A stretch of 64,000 nucleotides of DNA from a virus (Duplodnaviria; Caudoviricetes), in the IMG/VR virus record IMGVR_UViG_3300049043_000067, positions 269 through 64,268 of that record. One strand, 5' to 3'. The notes below the pieces were generated by a model that saw only the letters and a program-made list of their open reading frames with translations, made no database searches and was not told where the DNA came from. The position numbers were made by a program, and so were the translations under genes. Positions 31,605 to 42,904 of this stretch are shown here, one piece after another; within the stretch, counting starts at the first letter, position 1, and the number at the start of each line of letters is the position of its first letter.

Positions 31605-31928
31605 TGGCAATTACATATTCGTGGAATTTTACTACCTTCGAGAAGGCCCTGCTCGCAGACGGCCTGCTGGATGTGGTCAAGGTTATTCACTGGTCCATCG
31701 GGGCCACTGACGGGACCTACTCGTCTTCCGTGTACGGCACCGCATCGCTTGCCGCCCCGGACCCCGATAACTACGTCGCCTACGAGGACATCACGAAGCA
31801 GTGGGCCATTGACGTGGTGTCTCAGGTTGGTAGACGTTCCGGCTATGGAGGCGTTGTTGGCTCGGGAAATCGACCATCAAAAGAACCCACCTACCGTGAG
31901 TTCTCCGCCGCCGTTCTCTAACAACTGA
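31604..31928 (+). CDS. conserved fibre-associated small protein (frameshifted)
   Basis: MAITYSW......DGL.DVV..IHW...YG...PDP..Y..YEDIT. Confidence 0.6.
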
Positions 31929-32102
31929 GGTTACAGTGAAGTATCTGGTTATCCCAATCGGAGCAGGCTCAGAAGTTTGCGGAGTCTATTGCGTCTTTGC
32001 CGCTCCCCTACGTCCAGTCCCGCCCGCTGATGCTCGTCCTTGAGCAGGCGAAGGTCAGGGATCTTGAGGACGAGAGAGCCCCGTCAAGACTGAGGGCTAG
32101 CG

Positions 32103-32336
32103 GTGTTTGGTGAGACCCCGTTCGCCGACCTGCCATTCAGCTCCCTACCGAGCAACGTGGTGGTGGCTGTCGATGTCGTCGGGGTCTCCCTCACCGTCCT
32201 GATAGGCTGTTACCAGTATTACTCGTGGGCCGAGATCCCTGACGGATCCGCTACGTGGACCCAGATCAACACGGCAGGGGCCAGTTGGTCTAACATTCCA
32301 ACACCGACAAATGTGTGGGGCGAACCGACGTGCTAG
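32103..32336 (+). CDS. small virion protein
   Basis: MFGETPFADLPFSSL start; C-terminal W..I repeats. Confidence 0.55.
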   Translation: MFGETPFADLPFSSLPSNVVVAVDVVGVSLTVLIGCYQYYSWAEIPDGSATWTQINTAGASWSNIPTPTNVWGEPTC

Positions 32337-32353
32337 CCCCGGAGAGGTGATCT

Positions 32354-34099
32354 ATGCCTACCTATTCAAGCAGCTACCGCTTTGAGCTTCCCGCCGCGAC
32401 GGCGAACGCGCTGGCACGTGGGGCCAGATGATGAACACGTTTATGGGCACGCTGCTCGAAGACGCGCTGTCCGGTGGCTCGACGATCACCATCCCGACAA
32501 ACGCCAATTACACGCTGATCACGGCGTCTGGCGCCGGCAGACGAGACTAGGCGTCTGGTCCTGAATGTTTGTCAGCTCCGTTGCGCTCACGGCAACGCGC
32601 GACATCATCATCCCTAGTGCGCGCAAGGTTTACTCTGTCCTGAACAGCACGACTGGCTCTCAGGCGATCAGGGTCGTGACCAGCGCGAGCACGGTTTCGG
32701 TTACCGTGCCAAACGGATCCCGCCGGTTCATTTTCTGCGATGGCACAAATACCTACGACATGCTGACAGACCTGCCCACCGGCGTGTCTGCTCAGGGCGT
32801 CCCCATCGTCACGACGACAGCCAGTCAGACCCTGACGAACAAGACGATTGATGCGGCGGTCATCACGTCTCCAACGCTGACGGTCAGGGATAACGTGTTT
32901 ACGGTTCAGGACGAGCTGGACAACACAAAGCAGGCCCGCCTTCAGTTGTCAGGCATCACGACAGCAAACACTCGCACGCTGACAGTCCCAGACGCCGATG
33001 GCACGTTATTGCTGAACGGCGCGACCCAGACCGTCTCGAACAAGACGCTCGACAACACGAACATCATCACGGTCCGAGACGACCGCCTGACCATTCAGGA
33101 CAACGCCGACACGACGAAGCAGGCGACACTTGAGCTGTCTGGTATAACCACGGCGACAACCCGCATCATGTCGGTTGCCGACGGCAGTTTCACGCTGGGT
33201 GGCCGACCCATTCTGGGAACAAGCTCGGCGACGTACAACGTTACCGCGGCCGACCGGAATGGCATCATAACCTGTTACACCGGATGCACGGCGGTCGCGT
33301 TCCCAAACCCAGCGTCCGCTGGCGTTACCAATAACTTCCACTGCACGATCTACAACAACACGGGTGTCAGCATCACCCTGTCCACTGCATCTGGATCGTT
33401 TATCATTGCGGGCACCGGGTCAGCGGCAACGCATGTCCTGCCCCACCTGATGTACGCCACGGTCATCTCGGATGGCACGAACTGGTGGATCGAAACCGCC
33501 ATCCCGTCGGACAACTGTCGATCACGACAGCTAAGCTGGCCGACGCCTGCCGTCACGCCTGCAAAGCTGTCGCAGCGGTTTACGCAAATGACGCCGCGGT
33601 ACGATGAGCGGCACCGCTTCAGGACTTGGACTGGCATCCCGTCGTGGGTCAAACAGGGTCACGATAAATTTTGGCGACGTTAGCTTAGTGCGGCAGGCGC
33701 TGAACGCAAACACATACCACGATGCTCCAGCTCGGAAGCATGCAGCTGTTGACCGAAACAAACACTGGGTATACCGCCTGGTACCACGAATCTGTAGCAG
33801 GTTGGCTACGAGCGGGAGCGGCTACGGGTGAGATCTCACAGGCGCTGGATGACAACACTGGGTTCTACACGGGCATTGTGACCACTGCATCCATACGGGG
33901 TAAGCAGAACATCTGTGGTGCCTTCAACGTGACCGGATCAAACCCAACACTGGGCACACGGAACTCTGTCGAGGCAGGAAGTCTGGTTTCGACGCTAAGT
34001 GGCGCGCTCGATAGCGTTCAGGTTGCGTCATACAACGCGTCTGGCGGGCAGGGGACAGCAACTTTCGATGCCGGAACGGTAACTGTTTATTACGAGTAA
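32354..34099 (+). CDS. tail fibre/spike protein (frameshifted)
   Basis: QTLTNKT motifs and a duplicated QD..D.TKQA.L.LSGITTA.TR unit. Confidence 0.7.
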
Positions 34100-34112
34100 C
34101 ACGCAATGGCCC

Positions 34113-36012
34113 TTGATGAAACTCAACTTCAAGCCGGGATTCTACAGGGATGTGACGCGATACTCTGCGACCGGCGGCTGGTGGGACGGAGACAACATCC
34201 GTTTTCATTTTGGCCAGCCTCAGTCAATCGGCGGCTGGGTCAAGGCACCGGGAGGACCGTTTCTCGGCAGTTGCCGGTTCATGCACGAGTGGGGCGCGCT
34301 AACCGGCGACACGATTGTTGGGGTTGGAACCCACCTGAAGTTTTACCTGTATTACGGCGGCGCATTCTACGACGTGACGCCGATCCGCAAGACCGTGAAC
34401 CCGCTGTCATCGACACCCAGTCAGCCGTTTTCGGTGACGAACCTTAGCAACAAGCTGACGGTAAGAGACAACAGCCACGGCGCAACCGTCAACGACTTTG
34501 TGACGTTCAGCGGTGCGGTGGCGATTGCCAATATTACTGCGGCGCAGCTCAATACCGAGTTCCAGATCACCGAGATCGTGGACGGAAACAACTACCGCGT
34601 AACCCTGCCTGTAAGCGCAAACGCAACCGTGACGGCGGGCGGCGGCACCGCCATTGTCGCGACCTATCAGGTGAATACCGGTCTGGACACCGGAACCAGC
34701 GGCGGCTCCGGGTGGGGCGCTGGGCCGTGGGGTGGCAACTATCTGGGAGGCGGAACCAATACCGGCTGGGGTATCCCAGCAAACACGTCGGTATCTGTCA
34801 GTCAGCAGATCGGTATGTGGAGCGGCTCAAACTACGGCGAGGACCTCGTATACAACCAGCGCAACGGGTCGATCTACTACTGGGACAAGACGGCAGGATA
34901 CAGCGCGCGCCGGTGTGGCGCTATCAACCCTGACCGGCGCGACGTCGGTGCCTCAGATCGCGACTGAGACCACGGTGTCGGCGGAGCGTCACGTGATCGC
35001 GTTCGGCACTGGATCCGTTTGACGCGCCCGGGGTGCCAGGACAAGGCGCTCATCAGTTCAGCTCTCAGGAAACGGCAGTTGACTGGTTACCGATCCCGAC
35101 CAACACCGCCGGTGACCTTCGCCTGATCCTAGGATCGACGTTTGTCACGCACATGCAGACCACTCAGGAAATTCTGGTGTGGTCAAACACAGCCCTGCAC
35201 TCGATGCGGTACGTCGGTGCGCCATTCGTGTACGGCATTTCGGTGCTGTCATCGAAGGCGACCATCATCGGGCCTAAGGCGAAGACCGTGCTTGATGACA
35301 CGGTCTACTGGATGAGCAAGGGTGCCTTCTTCCGGTACTCCGGACGGGCTGGAGATGCTGCCCTGCCCGATCTTGATTACGTGTTCAAGGACCTGAACTA
35401 CGACCAGAGCGACAAGGTGTACGCATCGACGAACTCCCTGTTCGGGGAGGTCATGTGGTTCATCCCGACGGTTGGGTCTCAGGAGGTCAACCGCTGCATT
35501 ATCTTCAATTCGATCCAGAACATCTGGTACTACACCTCAATGTCCCGCACGGCGTGGATGGACCGGGTGTCCAGCCCGTACCCGCAAGCGACCATCGGCG
35601 GGTACATTTACCAGCATGAAAATGGCCAGATGGACGGGTCAACTTCCCGGCCAGCGCCATTGTCAGCTACATCGAGAGTGCCCCAGTCGAGATTGGCAAC
35701 GGCGAGAAGATCTTCTTTGCCAGCCAGATCATCCCGGACATCACGTTTAACAACTCCACCGCCGTTGCCCCGCAGGTCGCCCTGTCGATCAAGCCTCAGG
35801 ACTCCCCGGGCGGACCGATCACGGCCACCTCAACATCAGGCGGCAATGTTCAGAGAATAACCTCCGCAACTGTAGAACAATTTACAGACAAGGTGTATGT
35901 TCGCCTAAGGGGTCGAGGCTTGTCCCTGCGGGTTGACTGCAACACCGCCGGTACGTCGTGGCAACTGGGTACCCCGCTAATTGACGGAAGACCGGACGGG
36001 AGTCGCATATGA
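34113..36012 (+). CDS. tail hub / packaged-DNA stabilisation protein, P22 gp10-like (frameshifted)
   Basis: KPG..RD.T.Y...GGW.DGD.IRF...IGGW; FSSQE...W.P..TNTAG; F.EV.WF.P; RTAW.D. Confidence 0.7.
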
Positions 36013-36358
36013 CCACCAGACGCAGCGGCGGAAATCTACAGCGGGTTCTGCCGCGCGCTGGAATACCTCGGGCGCTCAGGACGGCGAAGTTACCGTCGAG
36101 TACCTGACCCGGCTTGTTGCTGCGCTGCAGCAAATCGTTAACGACCTGTCGAGTCCTGCAACCCTGCGTTGCGGAAACCTCATCATCACCGACTGCCGTC
36201 AATCACAGCAGCGATCTGGGGCTCGGCGATGTTTACGTAGACGGTGCCGGGTATCTCCGGCTTCGCGTCGCGGGATACCCCCTTGTTGATCCAGTAACTG
36301 GCCGTGGTCAGGTGCCAGCAACCAACATCACTGTCAGCATAACCTAAGGATTACAAAA

Positions 36359-38502
36359 ATGTCTCAGGCAAAATATCTCGCCGATCATCTGAGCGGCTAC
36401 GGCCGGTATGGCGACACGATGCTGATGCACGTGAACCCCGAGGAAGTCCGGGCCCTCGACATGATGGCTGGCATTGCCGGTCGCCACCTTACGACAAATC
36501 CGGACACTGGCCTGCCTGAGGCCTTCAGCCTGTTCGACATTCTACCCTTTGCCATCGACATCATCGCGCCCGGTATGGGAACGGCGGGCTGAGATTCCGA
36601 TCGGTGCCGCCTCTGGTGCGGCGTCTCAGGCGGTGCAGGGCGGCGACCCGCTGACTGGTGCGCTGACCGGCGGCGTCATGAGCGGCGTGAGCAACAGCCT
36701 GTTCGGAGGCAGCGGTGCGGCTGGAGAAGCAGCTAAAGCTCCGCTGGCGGAAGGCGCTCTGCCTCCGGCACACCTGAATCCTGCGGGCGCAACGACAATG
36801 ACGTCTGGCCCGGGCATGACCCCGCCACCGCCTCCAATGTCCTTAAATCCGGCTGGCGCAACTTATGTGCCTCCCACCCCTACCCCGGATCAGGGTTATT
36901 GGAAAGACATCCTCGGAGAGGGGTCGGACGAAAAGATCGGCAAGCTGTTCGGGCTCGAAGGAATCACGGCCCTGTCTACGGCGGCCAGCATGTTCCCCGG
37001 CGGCGAGGGCAAGCCTGAAGAGGAAGAGTATGGTCCTCGCGGCGAGTGGCGTCCGGGTCAGGGATACGTGCCCTTCCAGCAGGCCGGTGTCCGGTCATTC
37101 AGCCCAGCCGCAGCAAGCCCGTCCGGGATGGAGCAGAGCTGGATCAATTACAGCCCGTCCGCGGATCCCAGCACCTACCGCCGCTTTGCAGACGGCGGAC
37201 CGGTCTACACGGACAACTACGGTACCGCCATTCAGGGCATCAGGTCCCGCTCGGGCGCGCGCCGGATGACCGACAATCAAGGCAGTGAGATGACACCCAT
37301 CGGCCGGGCGCTTACTGGCCCTCCCGGGAGTTGGGTATAATAGGCGCGGATCAAGGCAGCCCGGCAAGGCAGGCAAGGGCGCGAGACGTCAGGAGCCGAC
37401 TCCGCAGCCGCAGGTATCGCCTGTGGTGCAGGGCCGCGATCCGAACTCGTACATTCAGGGCGGGCAGACCTCCGGGTCTGACTTCTTCGCCGCGGCAATG
37501 CCAGCCGGTATCAACGCGGCACCACAGAAGGCTCCAATGGGAATGCCCTCGACGGTACCGATGGCTCCCAACGGGGATATGGGCTTTGCTGACGGCGGGT
37601 ACGTGACATCCCCAGCAACGGCAAGGCCGGTATGCCGTCGTCCCAGCCTGAACCTCAGATGGCGTCTGGCAAGGGTGGCCTGCAGGGATCAGCCCCAGTC
37701 TATATGGGCGCTGGTCAATATGAGGGCATGCCGAATACAGAGCAGAACATTGCGGCTTACAGGCAGTCTCTGGTGGCCCAGCAGCCTGCCCCGCAGCCTG
37801 CGTCCGGCAAGGGCGGCATGCAGCCGTCAGCGCCGCCAAAGGGCGCGGAGATGCCGCAGATAATGCCCCAGCAGACACAGCCTGCCGCGGCGCAGCCAGC
37901 CTCAGGCAAGGGCGGCATGCAGCCACAGCAGGCGCAGCAGGCGGCGGCGATGATGGGCGGCGGTATGGTGCCTCGCCGTGGTCGCTTCCGCGGCGCACGC
38001 TTTCGCGGATGGCGGGCCTGTTATGGGTGGAATTGCGCAGGGAATGGAAGTGCCGCCGGAGCCTCAGGGCATGCCGGGCGGACAGGGTGGTGGGTCCGAG
38101 ATGGACGATCAGCGCCTGATCCAACTGGCAGCCGCCGCGCTGTCTGGTCAGATCCCGAATGGTGAACCGATCATTCAGTTGTTTGTTGCCAAATTTGGCG
38201 AAGGCGCGCTGCAGAAGCTGATGTCTATGGTCAACCCTCAGGTGCCTGAAAATATGGGCAGGTTGTTGCAGGGACCCGGCGACGGGCGGTCAGACAGCAT
38301 CCCGGCGTCCATCGACGGTCGCGCCCCAGCGAAGCTGAGCACCGGCGAGTTCGTTGTGCCTGCAAAGGCGGTGTCGAAGCTCGGTCGGGGATCGACGGAA
38401 GCTGGCGCGAAAAAGCTGCAGGGTATGGTAAATAAAGTGAACCGCACGTCCTACGACCGGGCTGGCGGCATCATTGATGACGAAGAGGCGATGACCACTT
38501 GA
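36359..38502 (+). CDS. internal virion / DNA-ejection protein(s) (frameshifted)
   Basis: GRYGDTMLMHVNPEE...TTNPDTGLPEAF; FADGG repeats; C-terminal GPGDGRSDSIPA...LSTGEFVVPA. Confidence 0.65.
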
Positions 38503-38918
38503 CCCCGACACTCGTCCCGCCCGAAGCGGTAAACAAGGTTTGGCTGCAGGTCCTTCCATACGTTCGTAACCTGATTGAAAAAATATCAGGCGGCCGCATG
38601 ACGGAGATGTCCATCTACGAGGACGTCATCGACGGCACAAGCCAGCTTTGGGTGGTGTTTGACGAGGACGACGGGAACAAGATGGTCGCGTTCGTTGTCA
38701 CCCGCATGATCGAGTACGAGAAGATCAAGATGCTCTGCATAGATCATCTTGCCGGTGAACGTCTCGATGAGTGGATGCAGCCGATGTACGAGCTGATCGA
38801 GCGCTGGGCGCGCGACGTCGGCGGCGCTGATGGCGTCGAAGTGATGGGCCGTCCGGGCTGGGAGCGGGCATTCGGAGAAGATCGGGTACCCGTTCAAGAA
38901 AAGATTTACGTTGATTGA
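38499..38918 (+). CDS. GNAT-like acetyltransferase-fold virion-module protein
   Basis: QLWVV...AFVVTR...LAG...W......WAR..G...VE..GRPGW.R. Confidence 0.65.
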   Translation: MTPTLVPPEAVNKVWLQVLPYVRNLIEKISGGRMTEMSIYEDVIDGTSQLWVVFDEDDGNKMVAFVVTRMIEYEKIKMLCIDHLAGERLDEWMQPMYELIERWARDVGGADGVEVMGRPGWERAFGEDRVPVQEKIYVD

Positions 38919-38930
38919 AAGGTTATTCTG

Positions 38931-39924
38931 ATGGGCAGCAAGGGACCGAAGGGCCTCAGGTTTCGAAGCCCTATAACTCCAGCATCCCCGAGTTTGCGCG
39001 GCCGTACTACGAAAACATTATGGCGCGCGCGGAGACCGAGAGTAACCAGCCGTATATCCAGTACGGATCTCCTCGCATCTCCGGCTTCACGGGCGAGCAG
39101 GAGAGTGCGTTCAGGGGTGTATCCGATCTGGCTAGGGCCGGGCACCCACGGTCGATACCGCCGCGCGTATGGCCTATGAATCCGGGCAGAGCGCGATGGG
39201 TGCAACCGGCTTCAGTCCAATGATGACCGGCACTCAGGGCTGGAACGAGGCTGCAGCGCAAAAGTACATGAACCCGTATATCGGCAACGTGCTGAAGGCG
39301 GCGCAGCGTCAGGCGACTGAAAGGTATCAGGAGCAACAGGGAACGCGATCCGCCGCCGCGAGGCAGGCCGGTGCATACGGCGGGTCACGTCAAGCCATTC
39401 AAGACTACCTGTCAGAGCGTGACATGAATGAGCAGCTCAACCGGATGAATGCCGAGCAGCTTGCTCAGGCATACGGTCAGGGCGCTCAGATGTTCACGCA
39501 GGATCAGGCGCGCGAATTGCAGGCTCAAATGGCAAACCAGCAGGCGCTTGAACGGGCGATGGGCATCAGGCTTCAGGGCGCGCAGCAGGGTCTGGCCGCG
39601 GCTCAGGGTCTCGGGCAGCTCGGCACGATGCAGCAGGGCCTGACGATGGATCGTCTGGCGGCGCTGGAAAAGGTCGGCGCAACGCGTCAGGCAATGTCTC
39701 AGGCCGCGATGGAGCAGGCCTACAAGGACTTCATCAACCAACGCGACTATGAACGACAGAACATCAACTGGCTCACCGGCATCATGTCCGGCGTGCCGGT
39801 CGGCGCTCAACAGGAAGTGCTGCAGTACGAGGGTGCGCCAAACCCGTACAGCACCGCACTGGGCCTCGGGCTCGCGGGCGGCGACTTGTCGAAGATGATG
39901 GCCGGTTCTTCTACGAAGGGTTAG
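38931..39924 (+). CDS. DNA transfer / ejection protein (frameshifted)
   Basis: Gln/Ala-rich helical protein with YMNPY...AGAYGGSRQA motif. Confidence 0.7.
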
Positions 39925-39928
39925 GGCA

Positions 39929-42900
39929 ATGCCTATTACCAGTGATTTCGAGCTGGCAGCCAGCGCGCCAGATGATGCCCTCGCGCAGGCCGTGCGCGAC
40001 CCGATGTCGTCACCTATCTCTCAGATCGCAGCGCTGTCGGAATTGCGTAGCAGGCAACAGCTTCGTCAGGAAGCGGCGGCAGCTCAAGGCGCGCAGACCG
40101 GTACGGTGGCTGACAAGATCCTTGCGCCCGTCGGGTATGCAGACGGCGGTATGGTCGAGCAGCCTCAGGAGAAATCGAACTTCTTCGACGGCCTGACGTC
40201 CGGCATGCCTCTCGGCATAATGCCGTGGGCACTGAACAAGATCTCCGACGGCGACGGCTGGAAGCTCGGGGCCATCGGTCTCGCAAACGAGCTGTTTGGA
40301 AAAAACAAGAAGCGTCCGCCGGTCGGCGCTCCGATGCCTGTCGGCCCGGAGATTGCTGGCCCTATGCCGGTTGGCCCGCAGCCTGTCGGACCGCAGCCAG
40401 TCGGCCTGCGCAATGGCGGAATTGTCCAGCACTTCCGGGATGGTACTGGCGACAAGCCCGTAACCGCCATCCCTGAGTCGTACATCAAGCGGATTGCGTC
40501 CTACGAGGGACAGAACAACCCCAACGCAAGAAACCCGTTCGGAACTGCGTCTGGCCTGTTCCAGATGATCGACTCGACGCGCGCGTATCTGGACAAAGAA
40601 GTATGGCCTTGACCCGAAGGACAGGTCGCCAAAAACAGAACGCAAGCGGATGGATTTCTACACTCGCGAAACCATAGATCAGCTTGAGAGGAACAACATC
40701 CCCGTTACTGGTGGCACGATGTACGGCGGCCACCTGATGGGGCAGCGCGGCGTGACTGACTTCTACAAGGCCTATCAGGCCAACCCGGACATGCGCGTCG
40801 AAGACTTCTTTCGCCTGAGGTGATTCGCGTCAATCCTGACATCTTCAATCCAAAGGGCGGCAAGAAGCGCGAGACGCTCGCGCAGGTTATGACGAAACTT
40901 GATCAGGTTGGTGGCGGCACGTCGAAGACACCGCGCTCGGCGGAGGACATGAACCTCGGTGCAGCGATGCAGGTTGCCCGGCGCGCTGACCGTGGCGACG
41001 TGGGCCCGGGATACGAAGACGCAAACATGAGCGCGGCAATGGGGCTTGCTCGCATGTTCGAGAGGCCAAATACGCAGCAAGCACCGCAGCCAAAGTCGCA
41101 GCCTCAGTACGCCGAGGATCCGACCCTCGAAAGCCTGTACGCCGCAATCGGTGCGAGATCTCGCCAGAACCAGACCGCAGACACCGGCGAGGATGAGCAG
41201 ACGATTGAGGAGATTAACAATCAGGTTCGTCGCAGACTGGCTCAGTTCAGGGCGAGCGCGGCGGGCGAAGGCGCAGGGTTCCGCAACGGCGGGATTGTGC
41301 AGCATTTCAAGGATGGCAGCCGTGGCGGCGTGAGCATGCCTGATGGCAGCTATGTCCTGCCGCTGCGCGGGCCGTATGACAGGCCGGGTCCGGGCTACGA
41401 CCCGATGGCATACACCGGGACGGTGTTAGGTCAGCCTGATATGCCTCCCGCAGACGAGCCTATGACAGGAGCCCAACTCCTGTCGGCGCTGCTCAGCCGG
41501 ATCCAGACTGGGAGCATTCCGAGCGAAAACCCTATTGGCATTCTCCCGCCAACGAGTGTGATGACCAACCTGCCATTCGGCAGAAACCCGCTCTCCTCGA
41601 CTAAGGGCGAACCATCGGGTCTGAACTTCGAGAACCCGTTCTCACTCACTGGTGAGCCAGCACGGGATTGCTAAAGAACAAGCTGCGGCTGCCGAGCGTG
41701 AGAGATATTACACGGAGGTGTTGCCTGCGCGCGAAAGAGAGAAGCTGAATGCGCAGCGCAGAGCGGCAAGGGGCGAACCTGAGCCCGGCGATAAGTCGGT
41801 TATGATTGACTACATTCCCGACCCGTACGCGCCGGGAAGGTCTATGCCGCAAAAAGCAACCGCCCCAAATGAAGGTTTCTCTCTGGGCAGAGATATTGCG
41901 AAATGGTCCGAGGAAAACCTTGTGCGCCCGGAGCCGAAAGCATTTATGCGCCGCTCGGCGATTTTGCCACCGTACGAGGAGACACCTATGGGCGTCGGCG
42001 TTCCGTACAATATGTACGGGATTGGACGCGAACTTCTGGGAGAGGGGGCCGGAGCGGTCCAGTTCGGTCTGGGTTTAGCTGGAACCGGAACTGGTGCGTT
42101 ACTCGACCTTCTGGCTGGCTCCGGCCCAGAAGCCAGAAAGTGGCTGACCGACCAGCGAAAGGATCAACCCGTCGCCGAGAAAAAGAAACCACCTGTCGCG
42201 GCAAAGCCGCCCGCTGGTGCCGGCGCCAGCCAGCCAGAAACCCCCCGCCGCCACCGTATCCCCTGTCAGGGACACAGGCGTCGCTGGAGGATCGAGATCA
42301 GGCACCGGGGATCAGGTTGCGCCACCCGCCGAAGCGCCAGCCTACGGCCCCACAGAGCAGTTTGTGCGCGACCTGTACAAGGACGACGCCGCTCGTCTTG
42401 AACGTGCTGCGCGCCGCGAGGAAGAACTCAAGGCGATGGCTCGCATTCAGGCTGGTCTCGCAATCGCCTCGGGTGACTCGCAATACTTTGCGAAGAACCT
42501 CGCGCGGGCCATCCCGGTGATGGCTGACTACCAGAGGCTCGTGCCGGTCGACACCGAGGCCGATCAGTTTGAGCAGCAGTTCCGCGAAGGCTTGCCGGTG
42601 CGCGCGGCATCGACATACAGCAGGGTGAGCTGATGAAGCGGGCTCAGGCCCAGAACGCGGCAGAGATCCGCAAGGCGGAAATCGAGGCGCTCGGCAAGAT
42701 CGAGGAGGAGCAGATGAGAGGTCGGCTGACCGATCAGCGCGCCATCGAGATCGTGAAGGAAGTATATACGAGTGGCGCAGCTCAGGTGCCGGACGAGTAC
42801 AAAGATGACCCCTTCCGTATTACGCTCAGGTGGCGGCGAAGCTGAAACGATCAATGACGCCGATTGTCCTGAAGCGAGCAAAAACCGCACTCGGAGGCTG
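39929..42900 (+). CDS. ejection protein with a lytic-transglycosylase-like domain (frameshifted)
   Basis: IASYE...NPNARNP..TASGLFQMIDST SLT-like motif near 40490-40580; GxRNGGIVQHFxDG occurs twice. Confidence 0.6.
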
Positions 42901-42904
42901 ATGA

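Noticed and set aside
28004-34099. Diversity-generating retroelement acting on the tail fibres
   Set aside because: No reverse transcriptase and no adenine-variant TR/VR repeat pair seen; the repeats are ordinary fibre protein repeats
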